NCBI RefSeq assembly: GCF_016127575.1
Contig: NZ_CP066019.1
Span: 1,440,001-1,472,000, forward strand
Direction of reading: 5' to 3'
Origin: Cupriavidus necator
GTDB taxonomy: Bacteria; Pseudomonadota; Gammaproteobacteria; Burkholderiales; Burkholderiaceae
DNA: 32,000 nucleotides
Of the stretch, positions 1 to 8,704 are shown in pieces; the stretch's first letter is position 1; each line of letters begins with the position of its first letter. A model generated the notes under the pieces. It did no database searches. It worked only from the letters and a program-made list of their open reading frames with translations, and was not told where the DNA came from. The position numbers and the translations under genes are program-made.

Positions 1-1
1 G

Positions 2-1417
2 CAGGCGGCGGAGCTGCAGGACTTCCTGCGCGACAAGTTCACCAATCACGCGCTCTACCTGTTCCTGCAGCAGGAGACAGCGGCGCTGCACCACCAGATG
101 TTCGAGATCGCCTGGTGCTGGGCACGCCAGGCACAACGCGCGTTCCAGCTGGAACGCGAGCTGACCACGCAGACGCAACTGCCACCGGATATCTGGGACG
201 GTCTGCACGAAGGCCTGCTGGCCGGCGAGCGGCTGTCGACGTCGCTGCGCGCAATGGAAAAGGCGTACTACGACCAGAACCGGCGCGAGCAGGAGCTGGT
301 GACGCGGCTGTCGCTGCGGATTGATTTTCCGCTCGCGTTCCTGCAGCTGAAGGCGACAGGCATGTGCGAGATCGAGATTCCCGAATGGCGCCTCGACCGC
401 GAATACCCCGGACACTACCTGCGCCGCGTCAAGAGCGTCAGCCTGACCATCCCCTCTGTCGTGGGCCCTTACACGGGCGTGCACTGCAAGCTGACGCTGC
501 TGAGCAGCGCGACCCGCATCGAGCCCACGCTGCTCGACGTCGAAGACTGCTGCCCTGGCGAATGCACCTGCGGCTGCTGCGAGCGCCGGCGCTACGAGGC
601 GACCAGGGATGATCCGCGCATCGTGAAGCGCTATGGCGCAACCGAAGCGATCGCAACTTCCACCGGGCAGAACGACTCGGGGCTGTTCGAGCTCAATTTC
701 CGCGACGAGCGCTACCTGCCGTTCGAATACGCCGGGGCGGTCAGCCGCTGGCGCATCGAGCTGCCCATCGAGACCAACGCGTTCGACATTGACACGGTAA
801 GCGACCTGATCGTCCAGTTGAGCTACACCGCTCGCGAAGGCGGAGCGCTGCTGCGCAAGGCAAGCTGGGCCGCCGCGTCCTGCCTGCTGCCCGGCGCGGG
901 GCTGCGCTTCTTTGACTGGAAGCAGGACTTCGCCGATGCGTGGCAGCGGTTCAAGGCAGCCGTGCCGGCGGCAGAAATGCCCGGCTGCACGCGTGCGCTC
1001 ACGCTGCGCATGAGCCGCGGCATGTTCCCGTACCTGCCGGGCCAGCGGCCGGTGCGCATGCGCCGCGTCGAACTGTGGTTCGAGGCCCAAGGCTGCAGCG
1101 GCGCGCGCAACCATGAGATCGAGTTCGTGCCAGATCGCGACTGCACATGCGAGGACGACGGCGAAGCGTGCTGCGACCGCTTCTTCCTGACCTGCGTGGC
1201 CAGCGAGGATTGGCCGTGCCTCTTCCATGGTGTGATCGAGTACCCGTTCCCGTACCTGAGCGACGAGAGACCGGTCGTGATCGGCGACTTCCTGTTCCCG
1301 GAAGACGCCGGTGTGGTACACCGTGCCTATCTGGTGTGCTCGTACGAGGCCGGTCCGCCGGAACGCTGCTTGCCGAAGCTGCCGGCTTGCGACGGCGACT
1401 GCATGACGGTCTGTTGA
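2..1417 (+). CDS. 3' part (471 codons) of a large Tc-toxin subunit A (TcA/SpvA-like) family protein. The 5' end lies upstream of the window.
   Basis: The frame is open from base 2 (QAAELQDFLRDKFTNHALYLFLQQ...) to TGA at 1415-1417. It contains blocks I recognise from the C-terminal TcB-binding region of TcA proteins: FTNxxLY, YPGHYLRRVKSVSLTIP, GQNDSGLFELNFRDERYLPFEYAGAVSRWRIELP. GC3 is high in this frame. Confidence 0.65.
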   Translation, partial: QAAELQDFLRDKFTNHALYLFLQQETAALHHQMFEIAWCWARQAQRAFQLERELTTQTQLPPDIWDGLHEGLLAGERLSTSLRAMEKAYYDQNRREQELVTRLSLRIDFPLAFLQLKATGMCEIEIPEWRLDREYPGHYLRRVKSVSLTIPSVVGPYTGVHCKLTLLSSATRIEPTLLDVEDCCPGECTCGCCERRRYEATRDDPRIVKRYGATEAIATSTGQNDSGLFELNFRDERYLPFEYAGAVSRWRIELPIETNAFDIDTVSDLIVQLSYTAREGGALLRKASWAAASCLLPGAGLRFFDWKQDFADAWQRFKAAVPAAEMPGCTRALTLRMSRGMFPYLPGQRPVRMRRVELWFEAQGCSGARNHEIEFVPDRDCTCEDDGEACCDRFFLTCVASEDWPCLFHGVIEYPFPYLSDERPVVIGDFLFPEDAGVVHRAYLVCSYEAGPPERCLPKLPACDGDCMTVC

Positions 1418-1455
1418 AGTAATGCCCGTGCCCGGGCCATAGCAGGAGTTGGCAA

Positions 1456-1773
1456 ATGGAGAAGAAGCCCCCACCTGATGAAAACACGGACCTCCCACGC
1501 CGAGGGCACGGCTCCGCTGCGCGAGCGGCGAAGACTCCGCCGCCTCAACAGAGCATGCCCGGGCATCTTATCGAGCTGAGGCCGGGCTTCTTTCTCAACC
1601 CCGACCACATTATCAGCGTGCGGGTGTTGCCGGAGGAGGAAGGCGACGTCTATGCAGTCCTGCACCTGTCGAATGGCGACAAGCAGAACCTTACCCGCGG
1701 CGAGTTCACCGCCATTACCGGGGAAGAGCCGCGCCCGCCGGCGCGGCTGCCGCAGAAACCACTGACCGAATAG
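1456..1773 (+). CDS. Hypothetical 105-aa protein with Pro/Arg-rich termini and no recognisable domain.
   Basis: ATG at 1456 is preceded by AGGAG (1444-1448, 7-nt spacer). It starts 38 nt after the TcA-like stop. Codon usage is visibly less GC3-biased than in neighbouring genes. Confidence 0.55.
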   Translation: MEKKPPPDENTDLPRRGHGSAARAAKTPPPQQSMPGHLIELRPGFFLNPDHIISVRVLPEEEGDVYAVLHLSNGDKQNLTRGEFTAITGEEPRPPARLPQKPLTE

Positions 1774-1803
1774 CGTTGCTGCTACGCGGCCCTGCCCCCC
1801 GGA

Positions 1804-3468
1804 TCAATGCTGGCTCGCCCCGGCAGCCCCGATCCCGGTCATCGCACGCACGAACTGCGCACCATAGCGCTGGCGCTCGGTGCTGGCCTGGGTGGAGCGG
1901 TCCAGCACCGACGCCAGCCAGGCGCTGGCGAAGGCCAGCGTCATCGAGAACAGCGCCGGGTTGGCGTACGGGAAGATCGCCTTGTCATGATGCAGGAAGC
2001 CCACCCAGACCGTCGGGCCCAGCACCAGCAGCGCCACCGCTGACACCAGCCCGGCCAGGCTGCCGGCCACGGCGCCGCGCGTGGTCAGGCCTTTCCAGAA
2101 CATCGACAGGAACAGCACCGGGAAGTTGACCGAGGCCGCGATCGCCAGCACCAGGCCGGACAGGAAGGCGATGTTCTGCTTCTCGAACATCACGCCCAGC
2201 ACCATGGCCAGCACGCCGATCACCAGGGTGGCCGCCTTGGACACCCGGATCTCGTCCTTCTCGTTGGCCTGCCCGCGGCGGAACACGTTGGCGTACAGGT
2301 CATGCGAGACCGCGGAAGCGCCCGACAGGGCCAGGCCCGCCACCACCGCGAGGATGGTCGCGAACGCCACCGCCGAGATAAAGCCCAGGAAGAAATCGCC
2401 GCCGATCGCGTGCGACAGGTGCACCGCCACCATATTGCTGCCGCCGATGATCTTGCCGGCCGCGTCGCGGTAGGCCGGATCCGCGCCCACCATCACGATC
2501 GCACCGAAGCCCACCACCAGGATCAGCACGTAGAAGTAGCCGATGAAGCCGGTGGCGTAGAGCACGGACTTGCGCGCCTCGCGGGCGTCTGCCACCGTGA
2601 AGAAGCGCATCAGGATGTGCGGCAGGCCCGCGGTGCCGAACATCATGCCCACCCCCAGCGAGATCGCATCGATGGGATTGGACACCAGCCCGCCCGGAGA
2701 CAGGATCGCCAGCCCCTTGTCATGCACCTTCGCCGCGCCGGCGAACATGGCTTCCGGGCTGAAGCCGAAGTACGCCAGCACCATCACCGCCATGAAGGTC
2801 ACGCCGCCCAGCAGCAGCGCGGCCTTGATGATCTGCACCCAGGTGGTGGCCAGCATGCCGCCGAACATCACATACAGCACCATCAACAGGCCGACGATCA
2901 CCACGGCGGACTCATAGCTGGTGCCGAACAGCAGCTCGATCAGCTTGCCGGCGCCGACCATCTGCGCCACCAGGTACATGATCACCACCGTCAGCGTGCC
3001 GCAGGCGGCGGTGATCCGCACCGGCTTCTGCGCCAGCCGGTATGACACCACGTCGGCAAAGGTATAGCGGCCAAGGTTGCGCAGCCGTTCGGCGACGATG
3101 AACAGGATGATCGGCCAGCCCGCCACCACGCCCAGCGCGTAGATCAGCCCGTCATAGCCCTTGTCGAACATCATCGCGGAGATGCCGAGGAAGGAGGCAG
3201 CCGAGACCATGTCGCCGGCGATGGCCAGGCCGTTCTGGAAGCCGCTCAGCCCGCCTCCGGCGGCATAGAAGTCGGATGCCGAGCGCGTGCGGCGCGCGGC
3301 CCAGCGGGTAATGCCGAGCGTGAACAGCACGAACAGCAGGAACATCACGATGGCGCTCCAGTTCAGCGGCCGCGGCGCGGCATCGCCCTGGATGGCGGGG
3401 GCCGCCGCGGCGGCCATGCTGGCAAGCCCGAGCAGGGCCGCGCACAGGTAACGGTTGGCGGGTTTCAT
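1804..3468 (-). CDS. actP: Cation/acetate symporter, ActP family (sodium:solute symporter).
   Basis: The translation from [14 protein letters not shown]... aligns by eye along its whole length with E. coli ActP ([57 protein letters not shown]). The start at 3468 overlaps the yjcH stop (ATGA). The longer ORF-track start at 3906 would overlap yjcH. Confidence 0.9.
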   Translation of the reverse strand: MKPANRYLCAALLGLASMAAAAAPAIQGDAAPRPLNWSAIVMFLLFVLFTLGITRWAARRTRSASDFYAAGGGLSGFQNGLAIAGDMVSAASFLGISAMMFDKGYDGLIYALGVVAGWPIILFIVAERLRNLGRYTFADVVSYRLAQKPVRITAACGTLTVVIMYLVAQMVGAGKLIELLFGTSYESAVVIVGLLMVLYVMFGGMLATTWVQIIKAALLLGGVTFMAVMVLAYFGFSPEAMFAGAAKVHDKGLAILSPGGLVSNPIDAISLGVGMMFGTAGLPHILMRFFTVADAREARKSVLYATGFIGYFYVLILVVGFGAIVMVGADPAYRDAAGKIIGGSNMVAVHLSHAIGGDFFLGFISAVAFATILAVVAGLALSGASAVSHDLYANVFRRGQANEKDEIRVSKAATLVIGVLAMVLGVMFEKQNIAFLSGLVLAIAASVNFPVLFLSMFWKGLTTRGAVAGSLAGLVSAVALLVLGPTVWVGFLHHDKAIFPYANPALFSMTLAFASAWLASVLDRSTQASTERQRYGAQFVRAMTGIGAAGASQH

Positions 3469-3773
3469 GCCCGGCACTCCTTGCGCACGCGTTCGTTGAG
3501 CGGATCCAGGTCGCGGTTGGCCCGGTACACGTAGATCCCGGTCAGCAGCACGGCCGAGACGATCACCGCCACGCCGACGGGAATGCCCACCGTCATCACA
3601 CCCGCGCCGAGCGGTGTGCCGAGCGTGGCCGGCGAGAACGCCAGCAGCAGGATAAAGCCGAAGTAGATCGCCAGCATGACCAGCGTCAGCGACCAGCCCA
3701 GGCGGGTCCGCCCGTTGGTCAGCCGGATGAAATCGGGGTGGTTCTGGATGGTTTCCAGTTGTCGCGCGTCCAT
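3465..3773 (-). CDS. yjcH: DUF485 (YjcH-like) small inner-membrane protein.
   Basis: 102 aa with two hydrophobic helices. It sits directly upstream of actP with a 4-nt ATGA overlap, as in the E. coli yjcH-actP pair. AGGAGA lies upstream of the ATG at 3773. Confidence 0.8.
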   Translation of the reverse strand: MDARQLETIQNHPDFIRLTNGRTRLGWSLTLVMLAIYFGFILLLAFSPATLGTPLGAGVMTVGIPVGVAVIVSAVLLTGIYVYRANRDLDPLNERVRKECRA

Positions 3774-3862
3774 GGTGGTCTCCTTTGGCGCAAGGGTGGG
3801 CGTGGCGCCTCTGGGTGGGTGCCATCGTTGGGTGATTCGTTGAGACTTGAACTCTTGCGGCG

Positions 3863-3900
3863 GTGTGCTCCCTCTCCCCGCATGGGGAGAGGGAGCACAC
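3863..3900. repeat. REP-like perfect hairpin (17-bp stem, 4-nt loop) between paaK and yjcH. It may act as a terminator or mRNA stabiliser.
   Basis: GTGTGCTCCCTCTCCCC-GCAT-GGGGAGAGGGAGCACAC read directly from the sequence. Related degenerate copies occur at 25290-25318 and 25380-25410. Confidence 0.8.
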
Positions 3901-3931
3901 ATGCAATGGCTTGTCAGTTCATGCGATACGT

Positions 3932-5281
3932 TCAGATCGCCCCGACCGGCTGCTCGTGCGTGAACTTCGGCCGCATATCGAGCACCCGCCGTGCCTTGCC
4001 GACCGTGGTGCGCTCGATGCCGTCCGCATCCACCACCTGCACGCGCGTGGTCACGCCCACGTAGGTCTTGATCTGGTCCTTCAGCTCGCGCTCCAGCATC
4101 GCGCGGTCGTCCGCGCAGAGGGGTGCCGAACCTCCGGGCCGCGCTTCGACGCGCACTTCCAGCTTGTCCAGGTGGCCGTCGCGGGTCACCACCAGCTGGT
4201 ACTGCGGCGCCAGCGCCGGCGTCTTCAGGATCAGCTCCTCGATCTGCGACGGGAACACATTGACGCCGCGGATGATCAGCATGTCGTCCGAGCGGCCGGT
4301 GATCTTGCCGATGCGGCGCATCGAACGCGAGGTGGGCGGCAGCAGGCGCGTCAGGTCGCGCGTGCGGTATCGGATCACCGGCAGCGCTTCCTTGGTGAGC
4401 GACGTGAACACCAGTTCGCCCTCTTCTCCATCCGGCAGCACCTCGCCGGTGACCGGATCGATGATCTCGGCGTAGAAGTGGTCTTCCCAGATCACCGGAC
4501 CGTCCTTGCTCTCGATGCATTCGCAAGCGACACCCGGCCCCATGACTTCAGACAGGCCGTAGATGTCCACCGCGTCGATACCGGCACGTGCCTCGATTTC
4601 GGCGCGCATCGCATCCGTCCACGGCTCGGCGCCGAAGATGCCCACCTTGAGCGAGCTTTCCGACGGATCCATGCCCTGGCGCTCCATCTCCTCGATCAGG
4701 TTCAGCATGTATGACGGCGTCACCATGATGATGTTGGGCTCGAACTCGCGGATCAGCTGCACCTGTTTCTCGGTCTGCCCGCCGGACATGGGGATCACCG
4801 TGCAGCCGGCCTTCTCGGCGCCATAGTGGGCACCCAGGCCGCCCGTGAACAGGCCGTAGCCATAGCTGACATGGACCAGGTCGCCGGCGCGGCCGCCGGC
4901 GGCGCGGATCGAGCGCGCCACCACGCTGGCCCAGGTATCGATATCCTTCGCGGTATAGCCGACCACGGTCGGCTTGCCCGTGGTGCCGCTCGACGCATGC
5001 ACGCGCGCCACCTTCTCGCGCGGCACCGCGAACATGCCGAAGGGATAGTTGTCGCGCAGGTCCTGCTTGGTCAGGAACGGGAACTTCGACAGGTCCGACA
5101 GCGACTGCAGGTCGTCCGGATGCACCCCGGCCGCATGGAAGGCCTTGCGGTAATGCGGCACGTTGTCGTAGGCATGGCGCACGCTCCATTTCAGCCGTTC
5201 CAGCTGCAGCGCCTGCAGTTCGTCGCGGCTGGCGCGCTCGATCGGCTCCAGCTCGTTGGGGTTGGGGATGCGTTGAACCAT
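3932..5281 (-). CDS. paaK: Phenylacetate-CoA ligase.
   Basis: 449 aa. It has the PaaK-type N-terminus (ERASRDELQALQLERLKWSVRHAYDNVPHYRKAF) and the AMP-binding motif SSGTTGKPTVV. GGAG lies 7 nt upstream of the ATG. It lies next to the other paa genes. Confidence 0.95.
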   Translation of the reverse strand: MVQRIPNPNELEPIERASRDELQALQLERLKWSVRHAYDNVPHYRKAFHAAGVHPDDLQSLSDLSKFPFLTKQDLRDNYPFGMFAVPREKVARVHASSGTTGKPTVVGYTAKDIDTWASVVARSIRAAGGRAGDLVHVSYGYGLFTGGLGAHYGAEKAGCTVIPMSGGQTEKQVQLIREFEPNIIMVTPSYMLNLIEEMERQGMDPSESSLKVGIFGAEPWTDAMRAEIEARAGIDAVDIYGLSEVMGPGVACECIESKDGPVIWEDHFYAEIIDPVTGEVLPDGEEGELVFTSLTKEALPVIRYRTRDLTRLLPPTSRSMRRIGKITGRSDDMLIIRGVNVFPSQIEELILKTPALAPQYQLVVTRDGHLDKLEVRVEARPGGSAPLCADDRAMLERELKDQIKTYVGVTTRVQVVDADGIERTTVGKARRVLDMRPKFTHEQPVGAI

Positions 5282-5351
5282 TGTCTACTCCATCATCGTT
5301 ATGATTGCGCCGCATTTCTATTGGGGGCCGGCGCCGGGTACTGCGACTGCA

Positions 5352-7016
5352 TCAGATATGGGAACGGCTCTGTACCACGCGGAAGCGGTTGGCGACGAAA
5401 GCCGCATCCGACAGCGAGGCATTGGCTGCCGGGTTGGCGCCGGTGGCGTGGAAGTCGCTGAACGCGGCCGACTGGTTGACGAACACGCCCCCGGTCAGGT
5501 TCAGCGACAGGGCCACGCCCGCGTCCTCGGCGGCTTCGCGGATGCCCTCGGCCATGCCGGCATCGGTGGTGTAGGCCGACAACGTCAGTGCGCCATGTTC
5601 CTTCGCGCCGCGGTGCGCCAGCGCGATGCTGTGCGCGGTGTTGTCGGTGGCGACGATGAACGAGATCGGGCCGAACAATTCCTGCATGATCTTGTCCTCG
5701 TCGCTGGCGTCCACCTTGAGCACCAGCGGCGTGCGGATGCGCGCGCCGGGGAACTCCGGGTGCTCCAGCACGCGGCTGTCGGCGACGATCTCGCCCAGTG
5801 CGCGCGACGATTCGATGCGCTGAACCACCCCGTCGTTCTGGATCGCGCCGAGCAGCTCCACCGCCTTGGCCGCATCGCTGGTGAGCCTGACCACGCCCTC
5901 CCCGATCGCCGCGGCCACCTGGTCGAAGCTGAGGTGCCCTTCCGGCGTGTCGATGCCGCCCTTCGGCACATAGATGTTCTGCGGTGCCGTGCACATCTGG
6001 CCCGAGTACAGCGCCAGCGAGAACGCGATATTGCGCACCATGCCCTTGAAGTCGCTGGTGGAGTGGATCACGATCTGGTTGACGCCGGCCTTCTCGGTAT
6101 AGACCTGGGCCTGGTGCGCGTTGCGCTCCAGCCAGTTGCCATTGGCGCTGCTGCCGGTGAAGTCGATCAGGCGCACTTCCGGGCGCAGCGCCAGCGTGGA
6201 CGCCATGCGCTCGGTCGGGTCGTTGGCCACCAGCGTGACCAGGTTGGGGTCGAAGCCGGCTTCCTGCAGCACCTCGCGCGCCACCTCGACGGTGATCGCC
6301 AGCGGCAGGATCGCGCCCGGGTGCGGCTTGACCACCACCGCGTTGCCGGTCGCCAGGCTGGCGAACAGGCCGGGATAGCCGTTCCAGGTCGGGAAGGTGC
6401 AGCAGCCGATCACCAGGCCCACGCCGCGCGGCACCACGCTGTAGCGCTTCTCCATGCGCAGCGGCTCGTGCTTGCCCTGCGGCTTCTCCCAGATGGCCTG
6501 CTTCGGAATGCGGCGCATCTCGTCCCAGGCGTAGGCCACCGCTTCCAGCCCGCGGTCCTGCGCGTGCGGGCCGCCGGCCTGGAAGGCCATCATGAAGGCC
6601 TGGCCGGTGGTGTGCATTACCGCGTAGGCAATCTCGAAGCTGCGGCGGTTCAGGCGCTGCAGGATTTCCAGCGACACGCCGACCCAGGCTTCCGGCCCGG
6701 CCTTGCGCCAGGCCGGCATGCCTTCGGCCATGCCGGCAAAGAGCTGGTCGAGGTCGGGCTTCGGATAGGTGATGCCCAGTTCTGCGCCGTAGGGCGAGAC
6801 TTCCTTGCCGGCCTGGCCGACGGTGCCCGGCTGCGACAGCGCGAACGGGCGGTTCAGGCGGGCCTCGAAGGCAGCCTTGCCGTCGGCGTTGGCGGTTTCG
6901 CCGTAGACCCTGGGGCTCGGCATTTCGCTGAACGGGCTCCAGTAGCCGCGCTCGGCAATGGCTTGGGTGGCTTGTTCCAGCAGCGCCTGGTGGCGTTCAA
7001 AAAACGGATGGGACAC
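5352..7016 (-). CDS. paaN: Phenylacetate-pathway aldehyde dehydrogenase PaaN. It has the ALDH domain only and no fused MaoC hydratase domain.
   Basis: 554 aa, ALDH-like, starting (V)SHPFFERHQALLEQA. GTG at 7016 is preceded by GGAG with a 6-nt spacer. The longer ORF-track version (to 7370) would overlap the paaE 3' end and has an Arg/Gly-rich nonsense composition. Confidence 0.88.
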   Translation of the reverse strand: MSHPFFERHQALLEQATQAIAERGYWSPFSEMPSPRVYGETANADGKAAFEARLNRPFALSQPGTVGQAGKEVSPYGAELGITYPKPDLDQLFAGMAEGMPAWRKAGPEAWVGVSLEILQRLNRRSFEIAYAVMHTTGQAFMMAFQAGGPHAQDRGLEAVAYAWDEMRRIPKQAIWEKPQGKHEPLRMEKRYSVVPRGVGLVIGCCTFPTWNGYPGLFASLATGNAVVVKPHPGAILPLAITVEVAREVLQEAGFDPNLVTLVANDPTERMASTLALRPEVRLIDFTGSSANGNWLERNAHQAQVYTEKAGVNQIVIHSTSDFKGMVRNIAFSLALYSGQMCTAPQNIYVPKGGIDTPEGHLSFDQVAAAIGEGVVRLTSDAAKAVELLGAIQNDGVVQRIESSRALGEIVADSRVLEHPEFPGARIRTPLVLKVDASDEDKIMQELFGPISFIVATDNTAHSIALAHRGAKEHGALTLSAYTTDAGMAEGIREAAEDAGVALSLNLTGGVFVNQSAAFSDFHATGANPAANASLSDAAFVANRFRVVQSRSHI

Positions 7017-7059
7017 GGCTTGCTCCGGGGGCAAAATGGTTTGCGTATGGTTCGGGATG

Positions 7060-7077
7060 GCGGCAAGGGATTGCCGC
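7060..7077 (-). other. Intercistronic GC hairpin between paaE and paaN.
   Basis: GCGGCAA-GGGA-TTGCCGC, a 7-bp stem, read directly from the sequence. Confidence 0.4.
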
Positions 7078-7087
7078 GGGAAGCGCT

Positions 7088-8164
7088 TCAGGTTTCCTGG
7101 TCGAAGTCGATCACCAGCCTGTCGCTGACGGCGTAGCTCTGGCAGCTGAGGATGAAGCCGCGCGCGACTTCGTAGTCCTCCAGCGCAAAGTTGACGTCCA
7201 TGTCGACCTCGCCTTCGATGCGCTTGCAGCGGCAGGTCGAGCAGACCCCGCCCTTGCATGAGTAAGGCAGCTCGATGCCTTGCGCCAGCGCGGCATCCAG
7301 CACCGTCTCCTTGTTCTTCTCCAGCGTGAAGGAGCGCGTGCGGCCGTCCTGGATCACCGTGACCTCGCACTGCTGCTGCCCCACCTGCTTGTGCGCATGC
7401 GCCGCCGGGCGGGCCGCGGGAATGCTGGTGGCAAACAGCTCGCGCTTGATGCGGGCCTTGTCCACGCCGTTGTCGAGCAGCGCCTGCGACACCTCTTCCA
7501 TCATCGAGTGCGGGCCGCAGATAAAGGCGATGTCGATGTCCTGCGGCTTGACCCAGTGCTTGAGCAAGGCATTGACCTTCTCGCCGTCGATGCGGCCGTT
7601 GAACAGGTCGATATCCAGCTGCTCGCGGCTGAGCACGAACACCAGGTTGAAGCGCTGCAGGTAGGTGTCCTTCAGGTCTTCCAGCTCTTCCTTGAACAGC
7701 ACCGAAGACGAGGCGCGGTTGCCGTAGAACAGCGTGAAGCGGCTCTGGGGCTCGGCCTCCAGCGTAGTCTTGATGATCGACAGCATCGGCGTGATGCCGC
7801 TGCCGGCGGCGAAGGCCACGTAGTGCCTCGCCTGCGTGGCAGACAGCGGCACGTGGAAGTGGCCGGATGGCGGCATCACTTCCAGCTTCATGCCGGGCTG
7901 CAGTTGTTCGTTGGCCCAGTTGGAGAACAGGCCGCCGTCGACGCGCTTGATCGCGACGCGCAGCTGCGCGTCCTGCACCGCCGAGCAGATCGAGTACGAG
8001 CGGCGCACGTCCTCGCCGCCGATGCCGGTGCGCAGCGTCAGGTGCTGGCCCTGGATGTAGCGGTAGGTGTCGGCCAGTTCATCCGGCACGGCAAAGGTCA
8101 CGGCCACGGCATCGCGGGTTTCGCGGGTGACCGAGGCCACGGTCAGTTCATGGAATTTGCTCAT
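7088..8164 (-). CDS. paaE: Phenylacetyl-CoA epoxidase reductase subunit (ferredoxin-NADP reductase fold plus a C-terminal plant-type 2Fe-2S domain).
   Basis: 358 aa. It has the FAD motif RSYSICS, an NAD-binding GSGITP, and a C-terminal CxxxxCxxC...C cluster (CKGGVCSTCRC...C). Its position is after paaD. Confidence 0.93.
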   Translation of the reverse strand: MSKFHELTVASVTRETRDAVAVTFAVPDELADTYRYIQGQHLTLRTGIGGEDVRRSYSICSAVQDAQLRVAIKRVDGGLFSNWANEQLQPGMKLEVMPPSGHFHVPLSATQARHYVAFAAGSGITPMLSIIKTTLEAEPQSRFTLFYGNRASSSVLFKEELEDLKDTYLQRFNLVFVLSREQLDIDLFNGRIDGEKVNALLKHWVKPQDIDIAFICGPHSMMEEVSQALLDNGVDKARIKRELFATSIPAARPAAHAHKQVGQQQCEVTVIQDGRTRSFTLEKNKETVLDAALAQGIELPYSCKGGVCSTCRCKRIEGEVDMDVNFALEDYEVARGFILSCQSYAVSDRLVIDFDQET

Positions 8165-8183
8165 CTCACTACCCCGGTCAGGC

Positions 8184-8699
8184 TCAGTGCGCCTTGAAGT
8201 AATCGAACGGTTCCTTGCAGTCGCTGCAGCGGTACAGGGCCTTGCAGGCGGTCGAGCCGAACTGGCTCACCAGCCGCGTGTGCCGCGAGCCGCAGTGCGG
8301 GCACGCCACCACCAGCGCCGGCGCCGCCTTGCGGCTGATGCCGCTGATGTCGATCACCTGCTGGGCCGGCGGCGCAATGCCGTAGCCGCCCAGGCTGGCC
8401 TTGCCGCGCGGCGTCATCCAGTCGGTGGTCCAGGCCGGCGCCAGCTGCGTGCGCACGCGCACGCTGGCAATGCCCTGCGCAGCCAGCGTGCGCTCGATCT
8501 CCTCCCGGATCACGGTCATGGCCGGGCAGCCGGAGTACGTCGGGGTGATGGTGACGACGCAGGCGTCGTCCTCCCATGCCACGTCGCGCACAATGCCTAG
8601 ATCCACCACCGAGATCACCGGGATCTCGGGATCGGGCACCGTATCGAGCCAGGTCCAGACCTGCCCGAGCGCCGGGCGTGCGATCGCTTGCGCAGTCAT
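8184..8699 (-). CDS. paaD: Phenylacetyl-CoA epoxidase subunit PaaD (DUF59/SUF-like with a C-terminal Cys motif).
   Basis: 171 aa from MTAQAIARP.... It contains VPDPEIPVISVVDLGIVRDV and CPHCGS...CSDCKEPFDYFK. The start at 8699 is 5 nt after the paaC stop. The upstream extension in the ORF track overlaps paaC. Confidence 0.9.
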   Translation of the reverse strand: MTAQAIARPALGQVWTWLDTVPDPEIPVISVVDLGIVRDVAWEDDACVVTITPTYSGCPAMTVIREEIERTLAAQGIASVRVRTQLAPAWTTDWMTPRGKASLGGYGIAPPAQQVIDISGISRKAAPALVVACPHCGSRHTRLVSQFGSTACKALYRCSDCKEPFDYFKAH

Positions 8700-8704
8700 G
8701 GCGT

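Noticed and set aside
3469-3906. An N-terminal extension of the actP ORF (ORF-track start at 3906). The 3465-4526 ORF similarly extends yjcH upstream.
   Set aside because: The extensions overlap yjcH, paaK or the REP hairpin and translate to Arg/His/Pro-rich nonsense. The internal ATGs at 3468 and 3773 match the conserved N-termini and the SD/ATGA coupling.
5301-7136. A 611-aa + strand ORF opposite paaN. Similar long antisense ORFs occur at 9336-10820, 13808-14995, 15368-16492, 16456-17772, 20283-21308 and 21313-22671.
   Set aside because: All lie opposite genes with strong homology signatures. Their translations are low-complexity and Arg/Gly/Ala-rich, and none has a plausible start context.
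7017-7370. An upstream extension of the paaN ORF to 7370.
   Set aside because: It overlaps the paaE 3' end in another frame and has nonsense composition. The GTG at 7016 has a GGAG SD and matches the conserved SHPFFERH N-terminus.
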